The translations under genes were made by a program, and so were the position numbers. A stretch of DNA of 64,000 nt from Nioella sp. (GTDB lineage: Bacteria; Pseudomonadota; Alphaproteobacteria; Rhodobacterales; Rhodobacteraceae). The stretch spans positions 39,235 to 103,234 of the forward strand of contig NZ_CAXREX010000182.1 in NCBI RefSeq assembly GCF_964229645.1. The letters are read 5' to 3'. Under the pieces are notes generated by a model. That model was given only the letters and a program-made list of their open reading frames with translations, ran no database searches and was not told the DNA's origin. Shown one piece after another: positions 39,387 through 47,802 of the stretch; position 1 is the stretch's first letter, and every line of letters starts with the position of its first letter.

Positions 39387-40121
39387 TCACTCCTTGCGGT
39401 CATCCATGATGACCAATCTTATCCGGTCCTTGATCTTCCCATCTTGTAACGAAGGGCCAAAAGCGCGCGCTGTGGCCTGAAGGCGTAGCGCGCCGGGCGG
39501 TCTGTCAGCGAAGGCCCGGCAGGACGCCGACATATGCGATTGATCGTAGTAGCCCGCGTCCAGCGCCAGATCGCTTAACGGCAGGGCAGGGCCGGCGAAA
39601 CGTCCAAGCAGCAGGCGAAACCGCCTGACTGCCGCAAGCCGGCGCCTTGATACGCCGGTTTCTTCCCGTGCCCTGCGGCGTTCGGTCCGGTCGCTGAACG
39701 CCTGCGGGGGCGCAGCGAAAGTCAGCGCCCTTGCGAGACCGTCCAGCTCGGCAACAAGCGACGGCAGGCCATCATCGCTCTGCCGGACCCTTCCAAGCGC
39801 GGTGGCCAGCGGCTCCAGCGCCCCGGTCCCGGGCAAACGCTCAGGTCGCACCGACAGCCGCAGCCCGGCCACGATTCCGCAAAAGGATGACGGGCGGGGC
39901 ACGAAATCCGGGCGGGGTGGCGCAAGCGATATAAGCGTCCCGCCACAACCACCCGCCACCGAAAGGGAGAACAGATCGGTCGCGAAACGCCCGCTGCCAC
40001 GATGGCTCAATGCGCCGGTGTCGCGGAACACGAAAATATGGTCAACCTCCGTCGCAGCATCTGCTGTCGGCGTCAGTTCGAAATAGAGCGGCGCAGCCGT
40101 CAGGTCACTTGACGAAGGCAT
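39387..40121 (-). CDS. AraC-family helix-turn-helix domain protein
   Basis: C-terminal LSDLALDAGYYDQSHM motif. The first HTH is degenerate and the start is uncertain. Confidence 0.7.
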   Translation of the reverse strand: MPSSSDLTAAPLYFELTPTADAATEVDHIFVFRDTGALSHRGSGRFATDLFSLSVAGGCGGTLISLAPPRPDFVPRPSSFCGIVAGLRLSVRPERLPGTGALEPLATALGRVRQSDDGLPSLVAELDGLARALTFAAPPQAFSDRTERRRAREETGVSRRRLAAVRRFRLLLGRFAGPALPLSDLALDAGYYDQSHMSASCRAFADRPPGALRLQATARAFGPSLQDGKIKDRIRLVIMDDRKE

Positions 40122-40959
40122 CCCGATTCTCGGCAACGAAATCGCGCAACCGGCGGGCCGGGCGTCCGAGCACGTCGCTGACCGTGGTCTCGATGCTCCC
40201 GAGGTAGCCCTTGGGCGCGATGGAGGCCAGTTCCACCATCGCCGCGGCGACCTCGTCCTGCATGCCGTTTGCGACCATCGCTGCTTTGGCGTCCTCAGGC
40301 GCGAGAGGCGCAGAGGTGATGGATCGGCCTGTCACCTCGGACAGGACAGCGGCGATATCCTCGCCGGTCAGGGCTTCGGGGCCGGTCAGGCCATAGCCCT
40401 TGCCCGCGTGGCCCGCGCCGGTCAGCGCCTCGGCGGCGACATCGGCGATGTCGCGGGCGTCGATCCAGGCCACGGGTCCGCCCAGATCGTCGTAATACAC
40501 CCCGTCCCTTGCGATACTGTCGGCCTGCCACAGCAGGTTCTGCATGAAATAGGTCGGCTGGATGAAGGTCCAGTCAAGGCCGCTGTCCTTCAGCAATTCC
40601 TGGGTTTCGGAATGCCACTTGCCGAAGCTCAGCCCCGCCTTGGGCGACGCCCCAAGCCCGGTGGCCAGAACGACATGGCGAACGCCTGCGGCCTTGGCCG
40701 CCGCGATCGCATTGGCCTTCCAGCGACGCATGTCCAGATGCGCGGGTGTCACCAGATAGATCCTGTCCGCCCCGGCGCAGGCCTGTTCCAGCGCAGCGGG
40801 GTCGGTGAAATTCGCCAGGACGGCCTCGCATCCCTTGGCCTTGAGCCTTTCGAGCTTGGCCGGATCGCTGGTGACGGCACGCACGTTCGCGCCCTTTTCC
40901 AGCAGCCTATCGACAAGGGGGGCGCCGGTGGTGCCGGTGGCTCCGAAGACAGTAATCAT
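40105..40959 (-). CDS. NmrA/atypical SDR NAD(P)H-binding protein
   Basis: VFGATGTTG, WTFIQPTYFMQN, IDARDIA and YGLTGPEAL motifs. Confidence 0.88.
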   Translation of the reverse strand: MITVFGATGTTGAPLVDRLLEKGANVRAVTSDPAKLERLKAKGCEAVLANFTDPAALEQACAGADRIYLVTPAHLDMRRWKANAIAAAKAAGVRHVVLATGLGASPKAGLSFGKWHSETQELLKDSGLDWTFIQPTYFMQNLLWQADSIARDGVYYDDLGGPVAWIDARDIADVAAEALTGAGHAGKGYGLTGPEALTGEDIAAVLSEVTGRSITSAPLAPEDAKAAMVANGMQDEVAAAMVELASIAPKGYLGSIETTVSDVLGRPARRLRDFVAENRDAFVK

Positions 40960-42893
40960 TCCGTTTCCTTTCCAATAGCAGCGATGGCAGCCATCGTCTC
41001 GGGATTGCTCACAGCTGACAGATCACCCGGGTCTTCGCCCAGGAAGGCCGCGCGCACGATCCGGCGCATCGTTTTCATGGTGCGGGTTTTCGGCAGCGCG
41101 TCGACAAAATGGATCTCGCGCGGGCGGAAGGGCTTGGAGACGACCTCTCCGACCCGGTCCCTGAGCCGTTCGACGAGGGCGGCGTCGGGCGACACACCCG
41201 GAGCCGCCACACAGATACAGACCACGGCCACGCCCTTGAGATCGTCGGGCGCGGCAACGGCGGCGGCATCCACCACCTGTCCCGTCCCGGTCAGGGCCGC
41301 CTCGATCTCGGGCGGGCCGATGCGTTTGCCGGCGATGTTCAGCGTGTCGTCGGATCGCCCAAGGATATACCATGTGCCGTCCGCATCGCGGCGCACCCAG
41401 TCGCCGTGCCGCCAGATGCCGGGGAAGGTGGACCAGTAGGTCTCGATATACCGCTCGCGGTCGCCCCGGATGGCCGGGGTCAGGCCCAAGGGCGGCTGGG
41501 TCACGACCAGTTCGCCCACTTCGCCCGGCGCGGCCTCGCTGCCGTCCTCGCGCAGCACCTTCGCCCCGACACCCAGCGCCTCGGCGGAGAACCCGCCGGG
41601 CTTGATCTCGTGCAGCACGGTCGAGGTCAGGATCGCGCCGAAAAGCTCGGTCCCGCCCGAGATATTCAGCGGCACCGCGCGGCGGCGGCAGATATGGTCA
41701 AGTTGCCAGAGCCAGGCGTCATCGGTCCAGGGCTCGCCGGTCGAGCCGACGATGCGCAGCGCCGACAGGTCATAGTCAGCCAGCGGTGCGCGATCCTGCG
41801 TCATGAACTGCCGCACCAGGGTCGGGGCGACGCCCATATGGGTCACGTTCATATCCGAGGCGAGACGCAACAGCCGAAACGGATCGCCGGGCATCGACGG
41901 CGCGCCCTCGGCCAGCACCAGCGTCGCGCCCGACAGCAGCACCGACAAAAGGGTAAGCGGCCCCATCACCCAGCCCATGTCGGTCATCCAGAGGTGCCGG
42001 TCATCCTGTTTCATGTCGAGACACAGCAGGAAATCGGTCGTGGCCTTGGCCTGCACACCCAGATGGGTATGCACGACGCCCTTGGGCCGACCCGTCGTGC
42101 CCGAGGTATAGGCGATCAGGAAGATGTCTTCGGACGCGACGGGAACAGCCGCGAAATCCGGGCTGGCAGACCCCACGGTTTCGGTCCAGTCGAGATCGCG
42201 GGCCGGATCGGCCACGGCACCGCCGAACCGGCGCAGGCTGAACACCGTATGAACCGAAGGCACCTCTCTCAACGCCTCGGCCAGCCTGGCCTCCATCCAG
42301 ACCGGCTTGCCCCGTCTGGGGGTGGCATCCGTCGTCATCACCGCCACCGCCCCGGCATCGTTCAGACGCGACACGATGGCGGGGGGCGAGAAGCCGGAAA
42401 ACAGCGGCACGGCGATGGCACCAAGCCGCGCGATGCCCAGAAGCGCGGCCTGAATCTCGGGGATCATCGGCATGTAGATACCCACCGCCTGACCCGGCCC
42501 TACCCCGCGCGCGGCAAGGGCTGACGCGACGCGCGCGGCTTCGGCGGCGAGTTCGGCATAGGTCCAGCGGCGGCGGCTTCCATCCTCGCCTACCCAGTCG
42601 ATCGCGGTCTTGTCGCCCAGACCGTCCTCGATGCGGGCATCGAGACAGGTCTCCGTCAGGTTCAGGGCTGCGCCGACGGCCCATCGGATCGATTCCGGCC
42701 CATCGGACATATCCCGTAACCGCGTGTAGGGGCGATCAAACCGGATCCCGGCAAAGTCGATGATCCGGTCCCAGAACCAGTCCGGGTCGCTGTTGGCCCG
42801 GCTGGCAAGATCCTCGTAACTGTCCGTATGACAATCTTTCAGGAACGCGGCCAGTGTGCTTGAACGCCGAATGTCAGTGTCTGGTTGAAACAT
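40956..42893 (-). CDS. AMP-forming acyl-CoA synthetase (acetyl-CoA synthetase-like)
   Basis: YTSGTTGRPKG, TDMGWVMGP, STGEPW, WRHGD, GRSDDTLNIAGKR and LPKTRTMK motifs. Confidence 0.92.
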   Translation of the reverse strand: MFQPDTDIRRSSTLAAFLKDCHTDSYEDLASRANSDPDWFWDRIIDFAGIRFDRPYTRLRDMSDGPESIRWAVGAALNLTETCLDARIEDGLGDKTAIDWVGEDGSRRRWTYAELAAEAARVASALAARGVGPGQAVGIYMPMIPEIQAALLGIARLGAIAVPLFSGFSPPAIVSRLNDAGAVAVMTTDATPRRGKPVWMEARLAEALREVPSVHTVFSLRRFGGAVADPARDLDWTETVGSASPDFAAVPVASEDIFLIAYTSGTTGRPKGVVHTHLGVQAKATTDFLLCLDMKQDDRHLWMTDMGWVMGPLTLLSVLLSGATLVLAEGAPSMPGDPFRLLRLASDMNVTHMGVAPTLVRQFMTQDRAPLADYDLSALRIVGSTGEPWTDDAWLWQLDHICRRRAVPLNISGGTELFGAILTSTVLHEIKPGGFSAEALGVGAKVLREDGSEAAPGEVGELVVTQPPLGLTPAIRGDRERYIETYWSTFPGIWRHGDWVRRDADGTWYILGRSDDTLNIAGKRIGPPEIEAALTGTGQVVDAAAVAAPDDLKGVAVVCICVAAPGVSPDAALVERLRDRVGEVVSKPFRPREIHFVDALPKTRTMKTMRRIVRAAFLGEDPGDLSAVSNPETMAAIAAIGKETE

Positions 42894-42913
42894 TCCTCAC
42901 CTTTCTTCACCGC

Positions 42914-42940
42914 AAAAAAGGCCGCACCATGGGCACGGCC
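42914..42940 (-). terminator. Rho-independent terminator between badH and the acyl-CoA synthetase
   Basis: Minus strand GGCCGTGCC-cat-GGTGCGGCC (9 bp, 2 G-U pairs) followed by TTTTTT. Confidence 0.6.
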
Positions 42941-43005
42941 AGTCAGGGAGGTAACTTCTGGCCGGCCTGGCGGCGGCGCCTTGTGACAGACGCGGCCCCC
43001 AGCGG

Positions 43006-43767
43006 TCAACCGTGCATCGACAGGCCACCCGAAACCGAAATGACCTGGCCGGTGATGAACCCGGCGTCGTCGGAGGACAGGAAGCAGATGATGCCGGGAT
43101 AGTCCGTAGGCTGTGCCAGGCGCTTCATCGGGATGGCCCGCTTGAGGCCCTCGGCGATCTTTTCACCGGCCTCGCCCTGGGCCACCTGGGCAAACAGCGG
43201 CGTATCGGTCGGTCCGGGCGCCACAGCGTTCAACTGAACGCCCTTGCGCGCCAGTTCCCGCGCCACGGTCTTGGTGAACGAGATGATGCCGCCCTTGCAG
43301 GCCGAATAGACCGCTTCGCCGGATGAGCCGACACGCCCGGCATCGGAGGCGATGTTGACCACCCGGCCGCCACCGTTCTCGACCATGCCCGGAAGCACCG
43401 CGTGATGCATGTTCAGCGGGCCGTAAAGGTTGATGTCGATGACCTTTTTCCACAGGTCGGCATCGGTATCGAGGAACGGCCTGATCTCGTCCCAGCCGGC
43501 ATTGTTCACCAGCACGTCGACCGGACCCCCGGCCTCGAACGCGGCGACCGCCTTGTCGACCTGGGCACGGTCGGTGATGTCCACCTTGAAGGCCTGCGCC
43601 TTGCCGCCGGCCTCGGTGATAAGGCGAACCGTTTCCTTCGCCCCGTCTTCGCTCATGTCAAAGATCGCAACCTCGGCGCCTTCTTCGCCGAACCGTTCGC
43701 AAACCGCGCGCCCGATGCCGCTGCCGCCGCCGGTCACGATTACGCGTTTTCCACTCAACCCTCGCAT
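43006..43767 (-). CDS. badH: 2-hydroxycyclohexanecarboxyl-CoA dehydrogenase-like SDR
   Basis: NNAGWD, MHHAVLPGM, NIASDAGRVGSSGEAVYSACKGG, APGPTDT and GFITGQVISVSGGLSMHG match R. palustris BadH as I recall it. Confidence 0.82.
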   Translation of the reverse strand: MRGLSGKRVIVTGGGSGIGRAVCERFGEEGAEVAIFDMSEDGAKETVRLITEAGGKAQAFKVDITDRAQVDKAVAAFEAGGPVDVLVNNAGWDEIRPFLDTDADLWKKVIDINLYGPLNMHHAVLPGMVENGGGRVVNIASDAGRVGSSGEAVYSACKGGIISFTKTVARELARKGVQLNAVAPGPTDTPLFAQVAQGEAGEKIAEGLKRAIPMKRLAQPTDYPGIICFLSSDDAGFITGQVISVSGGLSMHG

Positions 43768-43833
43768 ATGGAGGTCCTCCTCTTCCGCTATCATCCTGGC
43801 AAAGAACTTGATTCGACGCCTTCAATGGCATAT

Positions 43834-43849
43834 TCTAACATTTGTTAGA
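43834..43849. promoter_or_regulatory. Perfect operator palindrome TCTAACA-TT-TGTTAGA in the badH/tetR divergent promoter
   Basis: 43831-43852 is a 22-nt exact match to the reverse complement of 35698-35719. It sits between minus-strand -35 TTGCAT (43854-43859) and -10 TAGAAT (43832-43837). Confidence 0.85.
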
Positions 43850-43893
43850 TTTAATGCAATGGACAGTCTCGGTGCTGACAAGTATCGAAATTC

Positions 43894-45228
43894 ATGATGA
43901 GACAACCCGACGCCATCAAGCAAACCGACGATGATTTGAGCAAGTCGGAGAGGACCCGCAGCAGCATCCTCGCTGCGGCGGCGCGCCTGTTCCGGAATGA
44001 AGGCTATTACGCGACAACCATGCGTGACATCGCGCAGGTATCCGGCATCGAAGCCGGAAGCATCTATTACCATTTCCAATCCAAGGACCAAATTCTCAGC
44101 GAAGTTCTCGATCTTGGTGTGCGGCAATTGTACGAGAAGGTCTGTGACATTGTTCGTCCCACGAAGGACAGGTCGAAGGATTTCCGCGAGACCTTCGCAT
44201 TGCTCATCGAAACGCATCTGACCTATCTGTTGACCGAGAGCGACTTTACATCGGCCAATATCCGCAACTATCCGATGTTGTCGGATGAAGCACGCGCGCC
44301 GCACCGCGAGTTGCGGGCGTCCTATGCGGGCGTCTGGAGCGATTTTCTGAACGAGGCGAAACGTTCCGGCCAACTTCGAAGTGACATTTCGGTAACCGTG
44401 ATCCGCCAGTTCATACTGAGTGCCATGAACTGGACCGTGGAATGGTATGATGTGGACCGGTATCCGGTGAGCATCCTCGCGGAACGGATGAGCAAACTGA
44501 TCCTCGACGGAATGTGTTCGCGGCGCGTCGTCGATACGGAACGCCTGAAGGCCGTTCCCGCCATTTCCGTCAAGACCCCCGAATCGTTCGGCAAGGCCGA
44601 AAAAACCCGCGCAGAGATATTGCGGGCCGCAGCGTGCATGCTCCGGGAAAATGGCTACAAGGCGACAACGCTGAGACAGATCGCGGAAGAAGCGGATATG
44701 AAGGCGGGCAGCGTCTATTACCACTTCAAGTCCAAAGAGGCGATCGTGGACGAGGTTCTGAACGCCGGGTTGCACGACCTGCTATCGGGTGTCAGCGCCG
44801 CGGTCCAGGAATTCAAAGCCCCGTATGACCATCATACGAGGATCGCGACGGCAATCTGGACGCATCTGGACTTTCTTTTCAAGGCAAGTGAATTCACGTC
44901 CGCAAACATCAGAAGCTACGGGATGCTGCCCAATCACTTCAGGAAGCGACACGGGGGAATCCGTCACGAGTACGGCAGGCTCTGGGACAGAATCCTGCGC
45001 GAAGCGCAGGAAGACGATGCCATAAGATCGGACATCAAGATTGTGCCGTTGCGTCAGGTCATGTTGGGTGCCCTGAATTGGACGGTGGAATGGTTCGATC
45101 CGAACAAGGCGGGCGAAGAGGGGTATCTTTCCCTGCCCGAATTCTCCGGCATGCTTGTCAAGCTGCTTCTCGAAGGGATTTGCGACAGGCAGAATACCAC
45201 CTGCGCCGAACGAGCCGAGGCTTGCTGA
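43894..45228 (+). CDS. Tandem two-domain TetR/AcrR-family regulator (two HTH + KstR2/PaaR-like ligand domains)
   Basis: Two repeats: EGYYATTMRDIA..GIEAGSIYYHF.SK..FTSANIR..NWTVEWY and NGYKATTLRQIA..DMKAGSVYYHF.SK..FTSANIR..NWTVEWF. Single 444-aa ORF. Confidence 0.9.
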   Translation: MMRQPDAIKQTDDDLSKSERTRSSILAAAARLFRNEGYYATTMRDIAQVSGIEAGSIYYHFQSKDQILSEVLDLGVRQLYEKVCDIVRPTKDRSKDFRETFALLIETHLTYLLTESDFTSANIRNYPMLSDEARAPHRELRASYAGVWSDFLNEAKRSGQLRSDISVTVIRQFILSAMNWTVEWYDVDRYPVSILAERMSKLILDGMCSRRVVDTERLKAVPAISVKTPESFGKAEKTRAEILRAAACMLRENGYKATTLRQIAEEADMKAGSVYYHFKSKEAIVDEVLNAGLHDLLSGVSAAVQEFKAPYDHHTRIATAIWTHLDFLFKASEFTSANIRSYGMLPNHFRKRHGGIRHEYGRLWDRILREAQEDDAIRSDIKIVPLRQVMLGALNWTVEWFDPNKAGEEGYLSLPEFSGMLVKLLLEGICDRQNTTCAERAEAC

Positions 45229-45246
45229 TCGCAGCCACCATCGCGA

Positions 45247-45648
45247 TCAGACCAACAGGAAATGATATAGCCCTTCCGCAACCGGTTTCTCCCGGGCGGT
45301 CTGCCAGGAGATCACGCTGACGCTCGCGATGCGCTTTCCCTTGCGCGTCACATTTGCGCAGGCAAACAACGGTCCCCTGGTGGCGGGTCTGAGGTAATCC
45401 ACGGTGAGATTGATCGGCTTGGCCGGGACTTCCGCGAATTCGGGATGGACCGCGATGGCGGCCGTGGCTTCCATGAAACTGGCAATGATGCCGCCATGAT
45501 AAAGCTCCAAGACGGGGTTTCCGATATGGCGTGATTCGAAGGTCATCTCCGTGTCGGCACGGAGGCTGTCCACCTCCTGAACCTCGAAGTTGAGAAATCG
45601 AAAGAACGGCACCCGGGATACGTTGGCATTGACGGTTTGCAGGTCCAT
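45247..45648 (-). CDS. PaaI-family hot-dog thioesterase
   Basis: GNPVLELYHGGIIASFME, INLTVDYLRP and RKGKRIA motifs. Confidence 0.85.
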   Translation of the reverse strand: MDLQTVNANVSRVPFFRFLNFEVQEVDSLRADTEMTFESRHIGNPVLELYHGGIIASFMEATAAIAVHPEFAEVPAKPINLTVDYLRPATRGPLFACANVTRKGKRIASVSVISWQTAREKPVAEGLYHFLLV

Positions 45649-45679
45649 TACGAGGCGTTTCCTTCTGTCATTGCGCCAA

Positions 45680-46129
45680 TCAGCCGGTCTCGCCGCGCGT
45701 CAATGCAAACGAGGCGGTTCCGCGGGCGATTTCCGCCTCTTCATGACCGTCGAACCGGATGCTGCCGGCATTGAAGGCAATGTGGCGGGTTTGCCGAAAG
45801 CAATGCGCGCGCACGATGACATCCGCGCGCGACCGTGCCGCGCGCAGATAGTCAACCCGCAGGTCAAGGGTCGCCATGGTGCTGATCCCCTCTATGGCCA
45901 CGAAGTTCGCCAAACCGAAAACACTGTCCAGAAGGGCGGTCAGGATACCGCCATGAAGCAGGGTCTGGTCTTCATCGACGCAGAAGTCCGGATTGAACGG
46001 CATCCGGACCCGCACGCCGTCGCGCGATACGTCCTCGATATCAAGCGCCATGTGGGTAATCAGACCCTTGCCGCGCGCATTCCACATCCGCGCGATCTGC
46101 TCCATCTTCTGTTTGGTTATGTCTGCCAT
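45680..46129 (-). CDS. PaaI-family hot-dog thioesterase
   Basis: LLHGGILTALLDS and ATLDLRVDYLRAA motifs. Confidence 0.85.
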   Translation of the reverse strand: MADITKQKMEQIARMWNARGKGLITHMALDIEDVSRDGVRVRMPFNPDFCVDEDQTLLHGGILTALLDSVFGLANFVAIEGISTMATLDLRVDYLRAARSRADVIVRAHCFRQTRHIAFNAGSIRFDGHEEAEIARGTASFALTRGETG

Positions 46130-46141
46130 GCGTTCTTTTCC

Positions 46142-46945
46142 TCAGCGCCCCGTAAAGTTGGGTTTTCGCTTCTCGATGAACGCAGAGACCGCCTCGTGGT
46201 GGTCTTCGGTCTGATGCATCAGGGCCTGATAGGCCGCCGCGGAATTCAGGAAATCCGGCAAATCCATCCGCTCGGCATTGCGCATCAGGCGCTTGGCGAC
46301 GCGCACCGCGCGCGGTGGTTTCGCGGCGATCACGGCTGCCCGTTCCCGCGCCCGCTCCATCAACCTGTCATCGGGCACGACCTCGAGCACCATGCCGATT
46401 TCCAGCGCCTCTTCGGCCTCGACCATGCGGCCCGAAAAGGTCAGATCGGCGGCTCTTTGATGGCCCAGACGGCGCAGCAGGAACCAGCTGCCCGCATCGC
46501 CGGGAATGATGCCGAGGTTCAGGAACACCTCGCCGAACTTCGCCTTCTCGGACGCGATGCGCATGTCGCACATCATGGTCAGATCGCATCCCGCGCCGAC
46601 CGCCGGGCCGTTGACCGCCGCGATGGTCGGGATGTCGAGGTTGTAAAGCGCCTGTGGCAGACGCTGCACGCCGTCGACATAGCTCTGCGCCGCCGCCAGC
46701 GGCTCCTTGCGGAAGATACTTTCGGGGTCGTGCATTTCCTTGATGTCGCCGCCGGCACAAAAGGCCGTGCCGGCACCTGTCAGGATCATCACGCTGACCT
46801 CCGGGTCCGCCTGCACCTTGGCGAAGGTGTCCAGAAGGGCGGCGATCATGTCGTTGCCGGTCACCGGGTTGCGGCGTTCCGGATCGTTCAGCGTGACCGT
46901 GGCGATCCTGTCGGAAATGTCCAGAAGGACGGGGTGCTTACTCAT
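46142..46945 (-). CDS. Crotonase/enoyl-CoA hydratase family protein
   Basis: FCAGGDI, VNGPAVGAGCD and GEVFLNLGIIPGDAG motifs. Confidence 0.9.
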   Translation of the reverse strand: MSKHPVLLDISDRIATVTLNDPERRNPVTGNDMIAALLDTFAKVQADPEVSVMILTGAGTAFCAGGDIKEMHDPESIFRKEPLAAAQSYVDGVQRLPQALYNLDIPTIAAVNGPAVGAGCDLTMMCDMRIASEKAKFGEVFLNLGIIPGDAGSWFLLRRLGHQRAADLTFSGRMVEAEEALEIGMVLEVVPDDRLMERARERAAVIAAKPPRAVRVAKRLMRNAERMDLPDFLNSAAAYQALMHQTEDHHEAVSAFIEKRKPNFTGR

Positions 46946-47792
46946 TCTTTCCATCTCCGCGTTCGCGTTTCTCGAACATGTCGGGATTGATCATGTCGCG
47001 GGCATCGTGGCCCATATGCAGGGTTTCTCCGCCGTCGACATAGATGTCTTCGCCGGTGATGAAATTTCCCAGGTCGGACGCGAGGAAAATGATCGTGCCG
47101 GCGATGTCTTCGGGCGCGCCCATACGGTTCAGGACCGAGCGGTTCAGCTGTTTCCACCGGTCCGGCGGAATCGGATAGCGGCCAAGCGCCTCGGTCCTGA
47201 TCGTGCCCGGCGCGACGCAGTTCAGACGGATCCCGTATTCCCCCCATTCGGCGGCCAGCGTTTTCATCATCCCGGTCACGCCGGCGCGGGCGGCGACGGT
47301 ATGGGCAAACCCGGTCAGCGCGGTGCGCGCCGAAATCGCGGTGACGAACACCACCGACCCACCGTTGTCGTACATGAAATGATCCGCCGCCGCGCGGGTC
47401 ATCTGCCACGAACCGATCAGGTTGTTGCGGATCACCGCCTCGAAGCCCTTGTTGGTAATGTCGCGCGCGGCGGCAATATACTGGCCGCCTGCATTGTTCA
47501 CCAGAACGTCGAGCTGCCCGAAATGGTCCTTGATGCGTCCCATCGCGGTTTCGATACTGTCCGCGTCACGGGTATCGCCGGGCACGACAAATGCCTCGCC
47601 GCCCGCCGCGCGGATCATTTCTGCGGTCTCTTCCAGCGGTTCCTCGCGGCGCGCGAACAGCGCCAGCCTGGCCCCGCAAGAGGCCATTTCAAGCGCCGTT
47701 GCCCGACCCATTCCCGAACCCGATCCGGTGACAAGGGCCACCTGGCCCGCCATCAGATCCGGAGCATAGCGCGATGTTCTTTTCTCGCTCAT
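46938..47792 (-). CDS. SDR, AtuB (citronellol/citronellal dehydrogenase)/trans-2-enoyl-CoA reductase-like
   Basis: TGSGSGMG, LVNNAGGQY, GFEAVIRNNL and HTVAARAGV motifs, typical of the AtuB/PECR-like SDR group. Confidence 0.8.
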   Translation of the reverse strand: MSEKRTSRYAPDLMAGQVALVTGSGSGMGRATALEMASCGARLALFARREEPLEETAEMIRAAGGEAFVVPGDTRDADSIETAMGRIKDHFGQLDVLVNNAGGQYIAAARDITNKGFEAVIRNNLIGSWQMTRAAADHFMYDNGGSVVFVTAISARTALTGFAHTVAARAGVTGMMKTLAAEWGEYGIRLNCVAPGTIRTEALGRYPIPPDRWKQLNRSVLNRMGAPEDIAGTIIFLASDLGNFITGEDIYVDGGETLHMGHDARDMINPDMFEKRERGDGKNE

Positions 47793-47802
47793 GTTTCCCC
47801 CT

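Noticed and set aside
43797-43812. Possible sigma54 promoter TGGCAA-N5-TTGAT
   Set aside because: The invariant -12 GC is GA here. No enhancer-binding protein is in the window, and a sigma70-like promoter explains the region.
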